Of a stretch of DNA of 63,336 nt, positions 59,901 through 63,336 are shown in pieces; positions within the stretch are counted from its first letter, which is position 1, and each line of letters begins with the position of its first letter. The notes below the pieces were generated by a model, which was not told the origin of the DNA, made no database searches, and saw nothing but the letters and a program-made list of their open reading frames with translations. The DNA is taken from positions 1-63,336 of the forward strand of contig CAZHMX010000001.1 of the NCBI GenBank assembly GCA_964533725.1, given 5' to 3'. The DNA comes from an uncultured Alistipes sp. (GTDB lineage: Bacteria > Bacteroidota > Bacteroidia > Bacteroidales > Rikenellaceae). Both the position numbers and the translations under genes were made by a program.

Positions 59901-60940
59901 TCTCGGCCAACCGGTCGGGCGACGTGCGCTTCGGTCTGGCGGCCGTCAAGGGCGTGGGCGAGGCGGCGGCGTTGAGCATCATCAGGGAACGCGACGAAAA
60001 CGGCCGCTATACCGACATCTACGACTTCTTCCGCCGGCTGAACTATTCGGTCGTCAACCGCAAGTGTCTGGAGAATCTGGCCTATGCCGGGGCGTTCGAC
60101 TCGCTGTGCAGTTTCCACCGCGGCAAGTTCTTCGGCGTGGACGCGCGCGATGCCGGCGCCACCCCTTTCCTCGAGCTGCTGATGCGTTACGGCCAGCGTT
60201 ACCAGGCCGAGCAGAACAATGCCCAGCAGAGCCTGTTCGGTTTCGGCGGCACGGTCGACATCCAGCCCCCGACGATGCCCCAGTGCGAGGACTGGAGCCA
60301 GCTCGCCACCCTGAACAAGGAGCGCGAGGTGCTGGGCCTCTATCTGTCGGCCCACCCGCTGGATGCTTACAGCGTGATTCTCAACAATATGTGCCAGACG
60401 CAGCTCTCGGCGTTAGACGATCTGGACTCCATGGAGGGTATGGAGTTCGGCGTGGCGGGCATGGTGACCAAGGTGCAGAACCTGATGACCAAGAACAACA
60501 AGCCGTGGGGCAAATTCACGCTCGAGGATTACAACAGCACCCACGAGTTCGCCCTCTTCGGCCGCGACTACGAGAACTTCCGCAAATATATGTTCGAGAA
60601 CTATTTCCTCTACGTGCGCGGCAAGGTGCAGCGGCGGCCGTTCGGCGACAATGCGCCGCTGGAGTTCAAGATCAACTCGATGATGCAGCTGTCGGAGATG
60701 ATGGACAACCTCTCGACCCTGACGGTGCAGCTGCCCCTCGACCGTTTGGACGAATATTTGATACAGGAGCTCTCGCGGCACGTCAAACGCTCGAAGGGCG
60801 GGACCCGGTTGCAGTTTATGGTCTACGACCCCGAGTCGCAGGTGGTCGTGAAATACGTCTCGCTCAAGCACCGTGTCGCCATCTCGTCGGAGTTCCTCGG
60901 CTTCTTCGACGACAACGGACTCGGCTACTCGGTGGCCTGA
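56993..60940 (+). CDS. dnaE: DNA polymerase III alpha subunit
   Basis: HLHVHSQYSILDG, GRGSAAGS, PDIDVDF, YAFNKSH. Confidence 0.97.
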   Translation: MQQFVHLHVHSQYSILDGQASIARLVDKAMADGQPGIAITDHGNMFGIKEFYNYVKKKNGKKHDQIKESKKLLTQMEVLLREQSDPAGYLEGLRAQLAEAERRKEESLDAAEAYLKIREQADAVGKMAKDFGFDVERAKERIAEMEAVPDFKPIIGCEVYVARRRLQDREGKQDQSGYHLILLAKNLTGYKNLVKIVSKAWTEGFYMRPRTDHAELEKYHEGLICCSACLAGEVPRAITAGDLARAEEAVLWHKRLFGDDYFLELQLHKATVELANHEAYPMQLEVNRQLREIARKHNVRMVCTNDVHFVDGENAEAHDRLICLSTGKDLDDPKRMRYSMQEWMKTRAEMAAIFGESDPEAMATTVDICNRVEFYSIDHAPIMPNFEIPASFGTEAQYRERLTERDLFDEFTRDENGQVIMSEEEGQKKIDKLGGYDKLYRIKFEADYLRELTMQGAAKRYGTPLSEEVVERLNFELHVMKTMGFPGYFLIVQDFIRAAREELDVSVGPGRGSAAGSAVAYCLGITQIDPIAYDLLFERFLNPDRISLPDIDVDFDDDGRGRVLNWVTQKYGKEKVAHIITYGTMATKLAIKDVARVQKLPLAESDRLCKLVPDKLPNGKLNLQNAIDYVPDLKAAEQSDNPVLSNTIKYAKMLEGNVRNTGVHACGTIICRDDITDWVPVSTADDKETGEKMLVTQYEGSVIEDTGLIKMDFLGLKTLSILKEAVDNIRQTKGIAVDIDDFTIINDPATYKLYCEGRTVGTFQFESPGMQKYLRELQPSTFEDLIAMNALYRPGPMDYIPDFIARKHGRSPIVYDIAVMEKYLKDTYGVTVYQEQVMLLSRLLANFTRGESDTLRKAMGKKLKDKLDALKPKFIRGGQKNGHDPKVLEKIWADWEKFASYAFNKSHATCYSWVAYQTAYLKANYPSEYMAAVLSRNLNNIEQLTVYMNECKRMGIRVMGSDINESMRSFSANRSGDVRFGLAAVKGVGEAAALSIIRERDENGRYTDIYDFFRRLNYSVVNRKCLENLAYAGAFDSLCSFHRGKFFGVDARDAGATPFLELLMRYGQRYQAEQNNAQQSLFGFGGTVDIQPPTMPQCEDWSQLATLNKEREVLGLYLSAHPLDAYSVILNNMCQTQLSALDDLDSMEGMEFGVAGMVTKVQNLMTKNNKPWGKFTLEDYNSTHEFALFGRDYENFRKYMFENYFLYVRGKVQRRPFGDNAPLEFKINSMMQLSEMMDNLSTLTVQLPLDRLDEYLIQELSRHVKRSKGGTRLQFMVYDPESQVVVKYVSLKHRVAISSEFLGFFDDNGLGYSVA

Positions 60941-60983
60941 CCGGAAAACGGAATCAAATCATTAACTAAATACACTTAAAACC

Positions 60984-61298
60984 ATGGCATTAGCTATCAA
61001 CAACAACAATTTCGAGGAAATTGCCTCGACCGACAAAGTGGTCCTGATCGACTTCTGGGCCGAGTGGTGCGGTCCCTGCCGCATGATGAGCCCCATTGTG
61101 GACGAGCTGGCCGCCGAATACGGCGATCGGGCCGTCATCTGCAAGTGCGATGTCGAGGAGAGCGACGATGTGGCCGCCCGCTTCATGATCCGCAATATCC
61201 CCACCATCATCCTCCTGAAGAACGGCCAGGTGGTCGACAAACAGGTGGGCGCCTGCTCCAAGGCCGAATTGGTGGCCAAACTCGAAAAGGCGCTGTAG
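60984..61298 (+). CDS. trxA: Thioredoxin
   Basis: WCGPC active site. Confidence 0.96.
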   Translation: MALAINNNNFEEIASTDKVVLIDFWAEWCGPCRMMSPIVDELAAEYGDRAVICKCDVEESDDVAARFMIRNIPTIILLKNGQVVDKQVGACSKAELVAKLEKAL

Positions 61299-61301
61299 GC
61301 C

Positions 61302-62291
61302 ATGATCCGAGCGATCGATTACTGCGGTCTTCGCGCCGTGGAGTTCTCGAAGGGGGATTATGTGGCTGTGGTCGTCCCCGGGGTGGGCGCCAACCTGATC
61401 CGCCTGGCCAACACGCGTCTCGGGATCGAGATCCTGCACACGCCCGCGGCCGAAGAGGTCGACAACTTCCGCACCCGTCCCCAGATCTACGGTCTGCCGC
61501 TCCTCTTCCCGCCCAACCGCATCGAGGACGGCCGCTATGCGTTCGAGGGCCGCACCTATCAATATCCCATCACCATCGCCAAGGAGAACAACTACCACCA
61601 CGGCATTCTGAAGGGCGAGCCTTTCCAGGTCTCCAAGGCCTGTGAGACGGAGGACGAGGTGATTATCGAGTGCCGCTACTACTCCAATGCGGCTGCCGAT
61701 GCCGTATACCGCCACTTCCCCCACGCCTTCAAGTGCAAGATGATCTACCGGCTCTCGGCCGAAGGTCTGACGCACGAGGTGGTCTTCTTCAACCGCAGCG
61801 ACGCGAATATGCCCGTCGGCGTGGGCTATCACACCCCGATCATGATGCCTTTCGAGGGCGGTGCCCCCGAGGAGTACCGCCTGCGGGTGGCGGTCGGCGA
61901 GCGGGTCGAGCTCGGCGACCGTAACCTCCCCACGGGCAAGCTGCTGCCTCTCGGCGAATTTGCCCCGTTGCGCGAGGAGGGCCTGCAGGTGACCGGCTGC
62001 CGGGCGATGGAGGCCGGTTTCACCCTGCGCGAGATCGAGGTCGACGGTGCGAACTACCGCGGTGCCGTGGCCGAGCACCTCACTACGGGCCGCAAGGTCT
62101 ATTACGAGGTCGACGACCGCACGTGCTACTGGACGATCTGGAACAATGGCGGCGACCAGCCCTATTGCTGCCCCGAACCCCAGTCTTGGATCACCAACGC
62201 CCCCAATGCCGCCGACCCGCAGGCCGCCGGTTTCCGCTGGATCGCTCCCGGGGAGAAGTTCTCGATGGCGTTCCGGCTCTACGCGCGGTAA
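61302..62291 (+). CDS. Aldose 1-epimerase family protein
   Basis: LFPPNRI.DG, HHG, GYHT, CPEP motifs. Confidence 0.85.
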   Translation: MIRAIDYCGLRAVEFSKGDYVAVVVPGVGANLIRLANTRLGIEILHTPAAEEVDNFRTRPQIYGLPLLFPPNRIEDGRYAFEGRTYQYPITIAKENNYHHGILKGEPFQVSKACETEDEVIIECRYYSNAAADAVYRHFPHAFKCKMIYRLSAEGLTHEVVFFNRSDANMPVGVGYHTPIMMPFEGGAPEEYRLRVAVGERVELGDRNLPTGKLLPLGEFAPLREEGLQVTGCRAMEAGFTLREIEVDGANYRGAVAEHLTTGRKVYYEVDDRTCYWTIWNNGGDQPYCCPEPQSWITNAPNAADPQAAGFRWIAPGEKFSMAFRLYAR

Positions 62292-62315
62292 GTCTTCGGA
62301 TTTTCGTGATTTTAT

Positions 62316-62355
62316 CGACAAGACCGACAGGAAGTGCTTCCTGCCGGTCTTGTCG
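62316..62355. repeat. Long inverted repeat upstream of htpG
   Basis: CGACAAGACCGACAGGAAG-TG-CTTCCTGCCGGTCTTGTCG, 19-bp arms with one mismatch. Confidence 0.6.
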
Positions 62356-62458
62356 TGTCAGTCAAAATCTGCCAATATGGCAGATTTTTCCGCGTGGCAC
62401 ACCGTTTGATCTGTCGGTCGGCAAAAACGCTAACAAAAACAAAAAAGATAAAGACAGT

Positions 62459-63336
62459 ATGAAAAACGGAAAAATCGGTGTTACGTCGGAAAATATCTTC
62501 CCCGTCATCAAAAAATTCCTCTATTCGGACCACGAAATCTTCCTTCGTGAGTTGATCTCCAATGCCGTGGATGCCACGCAGAAACTCAAGACCCTCTCCT
62601 CGATCGGCGAGATGAAGGGCGAGCTGGGCGACGTGAAGATCCGCGTGGCGGTCGACAAGGAGAAGAAGACCCTGACGGTGACCGACCACGGTATCGGCAT
62701 GACGGCCGAGGAGGTCGACCGCTATATCAACCAGATCGCCTTCTCGGGTGCCGAGGAGTTTATGGCCAAATACCAGAACCAGGCCATCATCGGCCACTTC
62801 GGCTTGGGCTTCTATTCGTCGTTTATGGTTGCGGACCGCGTCGAGATCTTTACGCAGTCGTGGCGCGAGGGGAGCAAGGCCGTGCACTGGAGCTGCACCG
62901 GTTCGCCCGAGTTCGAGATGGAGGAGCTGGATGAGACGCGCGACCGCGGTACCGAGATCGTCCTGCACCTCTCGGACGACTGTGCCGAGTATGCCGAGGA
63001 GTCGAAGGCCGAGGAGCTGTTGAAGAAATATTGCCGTTTCCTGCCCGTGGAGATCGTCTTCGGCAAGGTCAAGGAGTGGAAAGACGGAAAATATGTCGAT
63101 ACCGAGAAGGACAACGTGATCAACAACGTGGCACCGCTCTGGACGCGTAAGCCCACCGAGATCACCGAGGAGCAATACAAGGAGTTCTACCGCGAACTCT
63201 ATCCCATGAGCGACGATCCCCTTTTCTCGATTCATCTGAATATCGACTATCCCTTCCACCTGACGGGTATTCTTTACTTCCCGAAGATCCACAACAACTT
63301 CGAGATTCAGAAGAACAAGATCCAGCTCTACTGCAA
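62459..63336 (+). CDS. htpG: Chaperone HtpG (Hsp90), runs off the window end
   Basis: MKNGKIGVTSENIFPVIKKFLYSDHEIFLRELISNAVDA..., IGHFGLGFYS; absent from the ORF track because it has no stop in the window. Confidence 0.95.
   Translation, partial: MKNGKIGVTSENIFPVIKKFLYSDHEIFLRELISNAVDATQKLKTLSSIGEMKGELGDVKIRVAVDKEKKTLTVTDHGIGMTAEEVDRYINQIAFSGAEEFMAKYQNQAIIGHFGLGFYSSFMVADRVEIFTQSWREGSKAVHWSCTGSPEFEMEELDETRDRGTEIVLHLSDDCAEYAEESKAEELLKKYCRFLPVEIVFGKVKEWKDGKYVDTEKDNVINNVAPLWTRKPTEITEEQYKEFYRELYPMSDDPLFSIHLNIDYPFHLTGILYFPKIHNNFEIQKNKIQLYC

Noticed and set aside
893-63292. Many long antisense or alternate-frame ORFs (e.g. 12489-15641, 2306-4390, 52112-54397, 62312-63292)
   Set aside because: Shadow ORFs of GC-rich genes; no motifs, and they overlap well-supported CDSs

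Overview
High-GC Bacteroidales chromosome segment, Alistipes/Rikenellaceae-like by inference from gene content and TTTG-N19-21-TAnnTTTG promoters. Left to right it holds: an HRDC-domain gene end and a DUF1810 remnant; alpha-2-macroglobulin plus pbpC; a cobalamin-riboswitch-controlled B12 uptake operon whose btuF is frameshifted; a DUF4861/esterase pair; a complete type II-C CRISPR-Cas9 locus (19 repeats, 18 spacers, leader promoter, divergent tracrRNA); sufBCDS-tmk; an RND efflux triad; a TPR plus beta-barrel pair; SRP RNA; a TIR-transmembrane-FGE/C-type-lectin-fold gene; rpsT and tRNA-Glu; three peptidases; rsmE; a chromate transporter pair; dnaE, trxA, an aldose epimerase and partial htpG. 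Two things stand out. (1) The TIR receptor-like gene has a 3' end with the codon signature of a diversity-generating retroelement variable region, but no RT or template repeat is in the window. (2) Several CRISPR spacers tile what looks like a microvirus capsid motif, including two synonymous variants of the same site. All family assignments come from motif recognition by eye; no searches were run.
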